Below the pieces are notes generated by a model that had not been told where the DNA came from, did no database searches, and worked only from the letters and a program-made list of their open reading frames with translations. A DNA stretch of 64,000 nt from Schizosaccharomyces osmophilus (taxonomy: Eukaryota): positions 620,001 through 684,000 of the forward strand of contig NC_079240.1 in the NCBI RefSeq assembly GCF_027921745.1. Reading direction: 5' to 3'. The translations under genes and the position numbers were made by a program. Below, piece by piece: positions 42,512-54,100 of the stretch (its first letter is position 1; the number at the start of each line of letters is the position of its first letter).

Positions 42512-45403
42512 TTAAGGGGATAGGACGCCGTTGCAACGTTGGCATATTTCTCCTTCTGAGACAGTATGCATCCAACATCTCAAGCATTTAGTCAATTGTA
42601 CAGGTTTCATCTTAATTTGTAATTTTCCAAAATTAGACTGCGCATTATTCTGTAGAGCCCACGATGAAGACATCTTTGACTCATCAGTAGTATCCGACGT
42701 ATGCACATGAACATTAGAGGCACCTAAAATTAGTGATAGATCATTCCCGTATTTCTTAAGAACGTTCTGCAATCCTTCGTTTTCAATCCCTAAGACAGCC
42801 TCTGTTTCTAGAGGGCTTCGAATGCCGTGTTGACTTCTTGCTTCTTGTAGTAATAGGTTAAAGGAATACTTAATTTTTTGCAATAATTGATACTCTTCCA
42901 TCAACAAACCTCTTTCTTGCTTTACTAAGGCCTGGATATCCTGAAGCAGAAATTCAGCACCAGCATGAAAAGGCGTAGAATAGGAAGGCTGTAAAGCTTT
43001 AGGAAAACTCCTCCACACCTCTTGGGACAACAGCGGCACGATAGGCGAAAATGACCAAATAATTGTTAGCAAAATTTTGTAAAGTGTAGTTTGAGCACTT
43101 CGCCTAGAAAGGCTGTTTGGGTCATCTGAGTACAATCGATCTTTGATTGAATCAAAATATGTGGAAGAAAGAAAGCTATTCATGTATTGTAAAATACTTT
43201 GAACAACCTTATTAAAAGCAAGGGATTCATAATTATCCTGGACTTCATTTTGAAATTCTACTGTTTTTGCAACAGCCACTTGATCGATACGGTGAAGTTG
43301 ATTATAAGCCACTCCGTCCGTCAAAGAAAAATCGTACAGATTTCCCAAGCAAAATCGGCAAGTTAGTCTCCATTTTTTCAATGATTCTCCGACTTGATTT
43401 AATAAGTTGGGACCGAGATTTATATCGTTAGTGCTATCGCAGCTGCCAACCCATAGTCTCAACAGGTCAATGCCGTATAGTTGCTTTTTTGAGGTAATAT
43501 TATTTCCATCCAAAATGTCTTCCGGATCGGTGACATTCCCCAAGGATTTGGATTGTTTCATCCCTTTTTCATCAAAAACAAACCCGTGAGTAAATAAGGT
43601 CATAAATGGCGAGTTTTTCAAGTCGGTAACTGCAAGATAAATCAAAATGAGAGATTGAAACCAACCTCTATGTTGATCACTACCCTCAAGACACAAGTCT
43701 ACAAGAGGTTTATCTTTACGAAACGGTACTGTAGTAAAACCACTTCCAGAATCAAACCAAACATCAAGGGTTTCTTTTCCACGAACGTATTCTTTATTTC
43801 TATATTCTGGAGGAGTCCAATTAGTATCGTCATTATCGTTGAACCAGGCGTCAACCCCTTTTACTTCCATCTTGCCTATAATATAAGAAATGCTCGTTGG
43901 TGTAAGTAATGGTTTTCCAGATAATTTCTCATAAAGTACAGGAATTGGAAGACCCCAAGAACGCTGTCTTGAAATACACCATTCAGGCCGACTATTTAAA
44001 AACCCGCAAAGGCGTGACATTCCATTTACAGGAATCATTTTAACAGATTGAAGAGCTTCAATTGCTTTATCCTTAACCGACTTCAAAGTAATAAACCACT
44101 GAGCAGTCGCTCTCAATATTAGAGGCTTTCTATTTCGCCAGTCATATGGATAACGATGTTTATAAGGAGTAAGCTGAACTACCATACCGTTAGCTTCCAT
44201 AAGCTCAAGGACTTTTTTCCCTCCTTCATTCAATACATTTAAACCATCTAGGGATCCATCGAGAGCATCTTTTGTGTATGCGCCATTGTCGTCAACGGGA
44301 GAAAAGGGGGACAGAGAATGTTCTAAACCTAGTAAATAATCATCAATTCCATGTCCAGGAGCGACATGTACGATGCCAGTACCAGTGGTATCCGAAACAT
44401 ATTCAGCAGGTAGAAATGGAAACACTTTTTCGGGAATCAAGGGATTTTGATATGTTAGTGATCGAATACTTTCATAGGTGCAGGTCCCAACTTCTTCAAA
44501 ATCTTCTAAAAATTGGAATGAAGGCACCAAATTCTTTGCTGCAATGTACTTCTGTTCACCATTGGAAAAGATTCCATATTCCACATCTGGATGAAAGGCA
44601 AGTGCCAAATTGGAAGGTATAGTCCACGGAGTAGTTGTCCAAACCAAAGCTTTGACATTATCATAGTGTTTCCCATTGTTAGTAAAACTATTCACTGGGA
44701 ATGAGAAGTAAAGCGAGGAACTAACGTGATTATCATTGTATTCAATTTCGGATTCAGCAAGGGCAGAACGACTGGATGGACTCCAGTATACAGGTTTAAA
44801 TTGACGAAAAATCATTCCCTTCTCTACTAACGTCCGAAACACTTGTAATTCTGCAATTTGATACTCATGGCTCATGGTTGTATATCTGGATGACCAGTCT
44901 GCCATAACGCCTAAACGTCGAAAGAGATTCATCTGATCATCCATGGCATTTTCTGCAAACTCCTTGGCCGTTTGTCTTATTTGTGATGGGGACCCTTGTT
45001 GTACATTTTGTTGCACCGCTTTCAGTTCGATAGGAAGCCCATGACAATCCCATCCGGGAACGTATCTAATTTGATGGCCATTTAAAAGTTTCCATCTATT
45101 CACCATATCTTTTAAAATTTTATTCAACGCATGACCAATATGTAACCTTCCATTCGCATAAGGAGGTCCGTCTAAAAGTATGAAAGACTTTGAAAGCGGT
45201 ATGCTCTTTTGCTGCCATGTATATAAATCATCGGTTATCTCTTTCGTATATTTCTGCTCATTTTCACGTTCGTTACTGCGAATGGGGAAATTTGTTTTTG
45301 GTAAACAAAGCGAATTGGAGTATTTCTTAGCGTTCGCTTGTTGACTAAGAAAACGAAGTCCAATTCTCGACGTTAGTAGCCGTTGTTCTATGTGGGCCTT
45401 CAT
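42512..45403 (-). CDS. ism1: Mitochondrial isoleucyl-tRNA synthetase, 963 aa
   Basis: DGPPYANGRLHIGH, GWDCHGLPIE, WTTTPWT, GTGIVH, WCISRQR, EGSDQHRGWF, KQSKS, C-terminal CxRCW..CxRC zinc finger. Confidence 0.95.
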   Translation of the reverse strand: MKAHIEQRLLTSRIGLRFLSQQANAKKYSNSLCLPKTNFPIRSNERENEQKYTKEITDDLYTWQQKSIPLSKSFILLDGPPYANGRLHIGHALNKILKDMVNRWKLLNGHQIRYVPGWDCHGLPIELKAVQQNVQQGSPSQIRQTAKEFAENAMDDQMNLFRRLGVMADWSSRYTTMSHEYQIAELQVFRTLVEKGMIFRQFKPVYWSPSSRSALAESEIEYNDNHVSSSLYFSFPVNSFTNNGKHYDNVKALVWTTTPWTIPSNLALAFHPDVEYGIFSNGEQKYIAAKNLVPSFQFLEDFEEVGTCTYESIRSLTYQNPLIPEKVFPFLPAEYVSDTTGTGIVHVAPGHGIDDYLLGLEHSLSPFSPVDDNGAYTKDALDGSLDGLNVLNEGGKKVLELMEANGMVVQLTPYKHRYPYDWRNRKPLILRATAQWFITLKSVKDKAIEALQSVKMIPVNGMSRLCGFLNSRPEWCISRQRSWGLPIPVLYEKLSGKPLLTPTSISYIIGKMEVKGVDAWFNDNDDTNWTPPEYRNKEYVRGKETLDVWFDSGSGFTTVPFRKDKPLVDLCLEGSDQHRGWFQSLILIYLAVTDLKNSPFMTLFTHGFVFDEKGMKQSKSLGNVTDPEDILDGNNITSKKQLYGIDLLRLWVGSCDSTNDINLGPNLLNQVGESLKKWRLTCRFCLGNLYDFSLTDGVAYNQLHRIDQVAVAKTVEFQNEVQDNYESLAFNKVVQSILQYMNSFLSSTYFDSIKDRLYSDDPNSLSRRSAQTTLYKILLTIIWSFSPIVPLLSQEVWRSFPKALQPSYSTPFHAGAEFLLQDIQALVKQERGLLMEEYQLLQKIKYSFNLLLQEARSQHGIRSPLETEAVLGIENEGLQNVLKKYGNDLSLILGASNVHVHTSDTTDESKMSSSWALQNNAQSNFGKLQIKMKPVQLTKCLRCWMHTVSEGEICQRCNGVLSP

Positions 45404-45839
45404 AAATTATAACTATTCAAATAAACATGTGTGTCCGATACTTAGTATGAAGTTATGGAATCCATCCAAAATATTGTGGTAGAAGAGGAACAACCATAGG
45501 ACCTGGAAATCTTGCTGCTATAATTCTTTTGAACAAAAAAAAGAACGGATAGGGTATTATTTTTTTTGTTTCTACATTAAAAGTAAATGAATTTCTTTTG
45601 TTTGTCAAAAATCCAGTCATATACGTAGGGGTAGAAAAATGCATGAAGCCTTTCAATTCCAAATTACATATTTAGCAGTTGAAAGAAAGTATGCATTAAC
45701 ATTAACTGACAGGCTCTTTCAAAGGTAATATACATGCTTAGTCGTGGAAGCTATTATTACGGATTCATAAAGATAGACCTGTATTATATAGATAGGTAAT
45801 ATCTTAATATATTGATACTTTTTATAGCTCATGAACTTT

Positions 45840-46199
45840 TTACCGTTGGACGAACCTCTCAGCAGCATCCATGTCAACACGATATCTTTTCCTACTACAT
45901 AGCCGAAGAATTTCATCGTGAGAGAGGTAAACTGGCTTTATGACTGCGTTGAATTGACTACCAAGACGCAAGGAATCCAAATAGGCCGATTGAGCTTGTT
46001 CAGAAGAATCAAATGTTAGATACACTCTATGGTCATCTTTCCATGTGATTATCATGTTTTCTATAGGGAAATATTTGCGTATTAGAGCTTCCGTTAGATA
46101 ATAAGCATGTACTTGCAAAATATACGCTGTAGGTGTTTCAGGCGCCGATAATGAATGTTTTATTCCTTCAACCTCATTTTTATCCGGCATTGACGGCAT
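45840..46199 (-). CDS. thc1: Small single RRM-like protein, probable Thc1 (telomerase holoenzyme component) orthologue, 119 aa
   Basis: IITWKDDHRVYLTFDSSEQAQSAY resembles the W-x-D-D..F RRM of NCBP3/PARN/R3HCC1. Lies between ism1 and tex1, where I recall S. pombe SPCC18B5.09c. Confidence 0.65.
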   Translation of the reverse strand: MPSMPDKNEVEGIKHSLSAPETPTAYILQVHAYYLTEALIRKYFPIENMIITWKDDHRVYLTFDSSEQAQSAYLDSLRLGSQFNAVIKPVYLSHDEILRLCSRKRYRVDMDAAERFVQR

Positions 46200-46359
46200 A
46201 AACGCTTTGTCAATAATTCAGAATCTTACCGATGTATTTTTCTTGTAATAGAATACAGTGTCGGTAAAGCGTAAGTGAATGAGTGCATGACTTTAAGTAA
46301 AGCATCAAAAGAACTTATATCGAGGAAGGAATGAAAATCAATGGTAGCTGTTATAATTT

Positions 46360-47560
46360 TTATATTCCAAAAATTTTTAAGCCACTGCTAGTAGGTTCGG
46401 TAAAAGCATATGCCAAAACATGTTTTGTAGGATTCCAAGCAAGTTTATTTAAAGGACCGTTCGTCGGTTGCTTCCAAATTTGTTCACCAGTAAGTGTATC
46501 CGCCTATTTATTAGTAGGGATAAATGCATAAAATCTTACAATATCGATATAGCGATCTTCGGATCCACTCGCCAGAAAGCGACCATCAAAACTAAAACCC
46601 AGAGAGCGGATCGGATATCTAGTAGAAGTTAATAAAATAACTTCCTTGTAAGATTCTTACGTTGATCTGGTTATGGAATTTTGGCATATCCATTCATCAG
46701 TATCCCATAATGTAACAATCGCGTCTGCACCACCAATAGCTATCCGCTCATTGTCAGGACTAATATCTATACAATAGCAATTTGAAGTATGTGCATTAAT
46801 TTCATATACTCGTTGAAGAGATGGCCATTGAATAATTTGCACAGTGCCTAAACCGGTAGTCATGTACAGTAAATCTTCGCTAAAGGACCAACAGCATTCA
46901 TTCGTCTTTTTTTATTAGTAAAGATAAAAAAGAAATTCAAAAGTGTAATACCTCACAAGGTTGCTGGAATGTTTGCATAATCTGCCATTCCCTAGCATCA
47001 ATAAAAGAGAGCATATCATCCTATATTTCCTAGTTAGTCAAACGGTATCATAGAAGTAATGGTTATTTTTACCCGACTTCCAACGCAGCAATAGCGACCA
47101 GAAGGGCTCCAACTTCCGTAAATGTTGTTGTAATCACTCTGGATTTCTGCGATGGGTTTAGCACCTAGTAAAATGTTAGCAAAATGCCAATTCATGAAGA
47201 GAGTACTTACTCCGATAGTCCCAAAAACGTATCATTTTTCCAGAGTACACGGTCATTAGCCGGTCCGAATGAGTTGGATCCCAAATTACTTGTTCTACTA
47301 ATCCATTGCTACGCGATCCCAATTCCGTTGAGAATTTAAAGTCTAAGCGATCCAGATTCCAAATACGAACTGTGCTATCATTAGAAGAAGTTGCGAGACG
47401 ATGGCCTGAAACATTCCATGATAGTGACCGAACTGAACCTTGGTGACCGTGTAGGTCGCGAGTCCTTAGCTCTGAGAAGTTTGGCTAAACCAATTTACAT
47501 GTCAGCTGAATGAAAAAGATGAAATTTTCTTACAACTGGCTCTATAATCGAGGAGCTCAT
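46360..47560 (-). CDS. tex1: TREX/THO WD40 subunit Tex1 (THOC3), 309 aa; exons 47560-47534, 47484-47211, 47164-47073, 47020-46952, 46905-46661, 46618-46540, 46503-46360
   Basis: WD repeats (LHGHQGSVRSLSWN, AHTSNCYCIDISP, GGADAIVTLWD, FSFDGRFLASGSED). Six short GT..AG introns give one continuous 310-codon frame. Confidence 0.88.
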
Positions 47561-47722
47561 AAAAGACAGGCTATGAACTGCTGGTTCGTGATAAGCGTAG
47601 TATAGGACGCTCTCTGTATGGGAATTTTGGCACTTACATACGCCCTAGTAATCAAAACTGTGGTATAATGTAAGTTCATAAATATTAATTGAATTTTTAT
47701 TAAAAAATTTAAAGTTATGCAT

Positions 47723-49514
47723 CTATAAAGGAGAATGGATTTGTTCAGTAGGATTGTGTTCACATTCTGAAAGTGGTGGGGATTCTAAAACCTGAATAGA
47801 CGATCCAGTTTTGAACCAAGGATGATCTAATGCTTCTCTTCCAGAAATCCGCTTCTGAGGGTCCAGTTGAAACATTTGTGTGATCAAGTCGATTCCCTCC
47901 GAAGATACTTCATTTTCCAGTAGTGGGGACATGGGGAAATCTGCTTTGGATATAAGTTTGATAGATTCTTCTTGACTTGGAGCCGCAAATGGGATTGTAG
48001 CAGTTAATCTAAGGTATTAGCATCTGTTAAAAGTAGGGATTCCAGGAAAGGAAAAAATAAGAACATACGTAACATATAGAACACATCCAAGACTCCAGAT
48101 GTCTACTTTATTACCATAACCACCCACAGGAGGAGTGGTCTTGGATTGTAAAATTTCTGGGGCCAGATAACCCATTGTTCCGCAAAAGGTTTCCAAGAAT
48201 GTGCCCTGGCCATGAAGAACTTTAGCTAAACCAAAATCAGAAAGTTTTAAATGAAAGTCTTTGGTAATCAAAATATTCTAACGCACACGTTAGTTCTCTT
48301 CTTTAAAGCCGAATATGAATTTGAGACATACCTCTGGTTTAATATCTCTATGGGCAATACCAGATTCATGTAAATAAATAAGGGTTTCTAGGATTTCTTT
48401 CAATAAAGGCTTGCTGTCTTGTTCATCTATTGAACCATTTGCAATTAGGAAATCCATAAGATCTCCTCCTTCCACATATTCCATGACAATAAATATTTCT
48501 TCGCCAGTTTCGAAAACTTCCCGGCATCGCACAACGCCAGGCTAAAAACCCCGTTAGAAAAAGAAACGATTGAAGCACAACTATATACTTACATGATGTA
48601 GCGTTTTTATTATTTCAATTTCTCGCTGAAACATTTCCGTAGCACGTTTTTCGGAACTGGTGAGTAAAATTTTTTTCTTGTTGATGACTTTGATGGCGTA
48701 GTATTCGCCGGTTTCTAAATCAACCGCTAATTTTACTATAGCGAATGTCCCTGTACCAAGGGTCCGAAGAACTTCGTATCTATTTTCCTCCGACGAAATC
48801 ACTTCTTTTCTCATGCTCTCTGACTTGTTATAAGGAATTTGGCATAAAAATCCTGCCCTTGTCAGCTGCATGGAAACGAACACGTAATAGGTAGAGCAGA
48901 ATATATTTCCTGCTACGTTTTCTTCTTATTTTCACTTACGAATTTCATCTTTTGGTACTCCTAAACCAACCCGAATTTCATCTCCATGCGATAAAATAGT
49001 GCGACCATTTTTTGGTAACCTCTCCTGTATAACGTCAGTAAAGAGCTTAAGTGACATTAAGTTCGCTTACCAAGTTTAAGTATGTGCCATTAGAAGAGTG
49101 ATCTATCAGCTTGTTAGTATACAAAGTATTGTTTCAGGTGTATTCTCTTTCTTACCGTGTAAAAATATAACGTTATCCCGTGATTCCATTTCACTAGCAT
49201 GACCCTATTTTGGTTAGCGTGAAAAGTAGAACGGACGCGACTCGCCATCTTACTCCTACCTGATAGATTTCAAAGTGAAAATTGCTAACCCTAGGACCTC
49301 CTATGGAAACCTCGCAAGTACGATGTCTACCAAATCTCCAAACACCATTATGAACATCTCGCGAAAGAGGTATGACTTGTGTTTTCCCATCACCCATTCG
49401 AGTCATAACCAGCTTTAAGTAGACATTTTCACTTTGCGTTCCCAACTCGGAGGATTTTTCGCCCTCATTTACAGTTACTTGCGTAGCCTGAGTAGCATCT
49501 TCTGTATCCTCCAT
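47723..49514 (-). CDS. cds1: Replication checkpoint kinase Cds1 (Chk2/Rad53 family), 461 aa; exons 49514-49260, 49204-49156, 49102-49071, 49024-48940, 48852-48593, 48541-48332, 48277-48069, 48008-47723
   Basis: N-terminal TQ sites (ATQATQ), FHA domain (FGRH, SNFH, DHSSNGT), kinase (LGTGTFA, HRDIKPEN, DFGLAK, TFCGT). Seven introns keep the frame. Confidence 0.93.
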
Positions 49515-49978
49515 TGTGTTCTGAAATCAGCTTTTGCTAATGCAAGGATGCTCAATTTAAATTTTAAAAGATGTGACAAAATTTGCAATGCGAGAATCTT
49601 TTAAATCTCCTGACGATGATACGATTTTTCAAGGTGGATGTCAAATGTCAAAGCCTTGGTCAGCCCTGCTACTAGCAGGCTGAGACGCATATTGAAATTT
49701 ACGAAATAGAAAATCTCACTGCCGAGCGGTATATAGTATAAGGCATCGTGTAAAACAGTAAAATTTCATTTAGCGCGATCGATTGCAAAGCAGCGACTGT
49801 AGAGAGTAGTAAAAAATTAGATTTTGTAATATTTTGTATTTATATACGCTTCTAATTTTTTCTTTAAAAACTGTTGTTTCTACGTCGATGTTTTATCGTC
49901 TATTGAGCTGCAAACCCTGAAGAACCGAATCCAGTTTTCAATACTTGTTGCGTTATTTTGTAAAAATCGCTTGCTTTT

Positions 49979-50747
49979 ATGTATATCATAGGATTGACGG
50001 GATCCATTGCTACGGGTAATAAGAATATGGGATTGGAGTATGTATTAATATGAATTATGTTTAGGGAAAACAACGGTTTCCAAGCAGTTTCATGAGAAAT
50101 ATCATGTTCCTGTAATTGACGCTGATATCCTTGCAAGGAAAGTAGTAGAGCCGGGAACGAAATGTCAACGACGAATTCAAAAAGAATTTGGCCAACAAGT
50201 GATTCTTCCCGACGGCCATTTGAATCGACCTGAGCTTGGAAAGATCATTTTCGAAACTCCATCCAAACGCAAGCTCTTGAATTCAATTGTTCATCCTGCC
50301 GTTAGAAAGGCCATGCTGAAAGACTTATTTTACTACTACATAACGGGTCATGGCATGGTAATCCTCGATGTCCCGCTGTTATTTGAAGCAAAAATGCACA
50401 CCATATGTTGGAAAACTATCTGTGTTGCATCTACTATGGAAATACAAAAAAGGCGATTGCTAAAACGAAATCCCGAATATTCTTCTGAAGACGCTGACCG
50501 CCGTATTCATTCTCAAACTCCCATTCAAGAGAAGGAATTCCTTGCTGACTATGTCATTGATAATAATTCCGATTTCAATTCTCTCTCTAGAAACATTTGT
50601 ACAACCTTTGTCGCAATCCAGCCTTCCATCGTATGGACTCTAGCATGCCTTCTCATACCTATCCTGCAAGTTTTTATGCAATTCTATAATTATAGTCGTC
50701 AAATACGAAAAGCAAGGAACCAGAAGAAGGTCCACCTGACCCAATAA
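49979..50747 (+). CDS. cab5: Dephospho-CoA kinase, 239 aa; exons 49979-50015, 50065-50747
   Basis: IIGLTGSIATG/KTTVS P-loop across intron 50016-50064; VIDADILAR, LNSIVHP, LDVPLLFE. Confidence 0.92.
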
Positions 50748-51125
50748 ACATAGATCCTAGTCGAAATCGATCATTGAGACTGGTTGAACCTCTCATTTGT
50801 ACTGAGTACGCTTAAAAGAGCATAATTAGTTAGGAGAATTGTCCTAGAAATAATTAACAGTCTCTACAAAGAATTTTTAGGCATGGAAATGATTGGTACA
50901 TTAAAAAAGAAAAGTATAAAAAATTCATTCTATTTACCCAAACCGATATCTGAATCGTTTTAACCTTTATTTTTAAATATTTTTTACATAAAGCATCTAT
51001 CTTTATTTCTTTTTTTGAAAAGGCTAAAGCGTAAACTAGCATTTGGGCCTAATTGGCATATACATCTCCCCTTCCTTTTTCCAACACCAATTCGTAGACA
51101 CTCCTGTTCAGCCAAATTTGGCAAA

Positions 51126-54100
51126 ATGGACGCCTCTACAATTGATTTAGATGCTGGTTCGTGTCTTATTTTTGTAATTGCATACTAATTTGTTTAGAAA
51201 TTCGGGATTTGGGGAAAATTCTCATTGAGCATCCAGCTCATGTGGAAAAAGTCCTTCACACTTTAGAGTTGGACAATTCTGCTCTTCGATACATTGATGC
51301 TATTTTAAATAGTCATTTAAAGCAACTTTACCGTAATTTAGCCTCGAATTCTCCGCTACATACGCTCTCAATCTTGAGAGCAATGGCTTCATGGAACAAT
51401 GGGGTTGCTTGCGGTCGAGTTTTCCAAGCCTTTGATTGGAGTGGTAAAGTATTCACAAAGTTGCTGCAACTTTCTAATCAAATGAATTCTTCGAAACGAA
51501 ATGTCAAGCGTATGCGTATGGCGTCTTCCAAAAAACGCTCCTCGTTTATATTTTTATTAATCACATTAATTCGATACGGTACTCAAGAGGTGCGTACAGA
51601 ACTTATAAACACAAAAAATATAACGACTCCATTGTTTAAAGGAATCTTCAACGATGAACCCGTTGTTTTGAAAGATCTATTACAGGCTTGGCTTACATAT
51701 ATAATTTTAGATCGTAGCGTGAGTAGATCTACAAAGGTCTTCTATTTCAATGAGTGGTCATTGAATTGCGTTCTAAGTCTATATTCACGTGAAGAAGAAA
51801 TCAATGGCGTCCCTTTGTACGAACATGTTCACAAATTTTTCCTTCGAGCTTGCACTGTACCTGGAGAAGGTCTTTGCTTTTCTTCAGTCGGATGGCATGC
51901 TCCTCCGAGATCTGAAGCTAATAAGACCGTTTATAATCGCGTTCTGCAGTCTCTTTTGCCTTCACTACATATCTACACCGATCCTTTGCAACGGGAGCTT
52001 TGTCTAAAAGTATTGGGTGCTTGCCCTGATATATCTGCTTCCTTTTTAGAAAGAAACAGTCTGAATACTGAGGCAACGCTAAGCTTTCAATGGATTTGCT
52101 TCACTTCTTTCCTTCAATCATTTCTTAACATGGACTTGCCTAAACCCTTTTTCCGTCCTGAGACCAATTCCGCTCCCTCTGTTCACAGTATTGTTGAAAA
52201 TACCTTACCGGCTTCATTTTCGAAGCCTTTGATGTTGAAGGCATTAAATAGTTCAGATAAACTTGTTTGCTATCTAGGCTTGAACACACTGTTATCGGCA
52301 TTTAAGAGATTAAGAGAGATTTTCGCGACCATCGACGAATCCAAACTAGAATCTGAAAGCAAAATCTCGTTGACTACGTCGATTGCTGATGCTATATCAA
52401 GTCGTCTCCCTGATGTGCAAATATTTATCCAGCTGTACACAACAAGTAAGCATGAACTGTTGACGGATGCTGTGCTGAAAGTTATTCTTTCTTATTATAT
52501 TTTTTTCCCAGAAACTGTGTTGAAACTCAAGATCAGCAGCAACGTTTTCTTGGGCACTGACTTATCATCGGTTTCTTTCGATCGTCCTTTTTCCCGTTCT
52601 CACTTGCAGAGTCTTATTAAAATTCTTCAGTTTTTGCCGGACGTCAAGTATTTTGAGTTGTCCAATTCTCCTTTCATTTTCCTGACTTCTCTTTACCTAA
52701 AGTCAGAATACTCTCAGTTGAAGGACGCTGTTATCAGAGTTCTGGAAGATGCTTTGGCCGAAACTGATGTTGTCTCACCATCTCTTCTATTATCTCCAAT
52801 TATACCCATGTTGCAAGCCTTAGAAACTATACCTGATGAGTATGTTGGCAATGTCTTGCAGTATGCCAATGCGTGTGTAAGTCGCTGTACGTCTCGTGTT
52901 TATGCATACTTAGACGTTTCTATAAGCTACTGCAAGGAGTCGCTTTTGGATTATCAAGATGGAATGGTACCACCGTTTTCTCCGCTTTCTATAGTGCTTG
53001 TTGAGCAGGTACCGTTTCTCTTGAAAGACACTTCAGTTAGTCAAGATGCCAAATTGTGTGTTTTAAGTTGGATATTTAAATGCTTGGTATTTTTTGGCTG
53101 CTGCGGTGAATCTTTTGACTGTCTCTCGAAGTTATCCACAAAATTAATTAGCGTAAAGACTGATTATGACTTTGCTGCAAACCGCATTGCTACATTTAGT
53201 CAAACTATCGAAAAGTTAGCAGGGAACATGGAGTTGGGAGAGTCGCTACCAAATTTAGACTTGCTTTCATTACTTCTATTGTGCAATGATGATTTATTTT
53301 GGAAGAATGTTTCAACTGAGTTTTCTATTCAACCGAGGTTTGCTCTTCTTTATTTTTCCGTCTTGTTGAAAAGGCTTGCTATTGCATTGAACAATAGTAA
53401 ATCAAACATGGAACCTCTATTTAAATTGCTCTCAGAAAATGTTCAAGTATTTATGGCTTCAACTGATAGCCAATCAAGCTTAAATCTGAGAAATATCTTT
53501 TCAAGTCTGTTAAACTTACGAAGTTTTGCCATGCATCCTGATTTCATTGAATTCAATATGCAGTATGCTGATTTCCTTCATGAAACCCAAGCTTTTAATA
53601 GTCAAGGCTATATTAGCAAACTTTCATTTGAAGAAGCAAAAAAATTTTTCAATAATCCAACAGAACGTGATATATGGAAAATGTCACTCATTGCTAAGTA
53701 TATGGAACAATGGTCTCATGATCAGATTGACAGTATCTGTCAATCACTTGACACGTTCATACGAGAGCGTGCCTCGTTTGTCACTAAACACTGTCAGAAT
53801 CTTTCACCTATTTTGTCTAAGTACATCACTTATGTGTCGACAAGTAAACACAAATTATCGGAACAGACTTTTGGGGTCCTGCTCAAAAATTCCTTGGCGC
53901 AATTTTCGGAATTATCGACGTCTCTAAGTGAACATTTTTGTCAGTTGAAGGACCATTTAGATGTATCCTGCTTAGAAAAGTCTCTAGAGACTTTAGAATC
54001 TGTGTTGCTTAAGGGTTGTGATGATATAAGAGTAAATATAATATGCTCTTTAAGTAGTGCATCGTCTGAAATTACATCTAGATTATGGAAGCTTTTTCTT

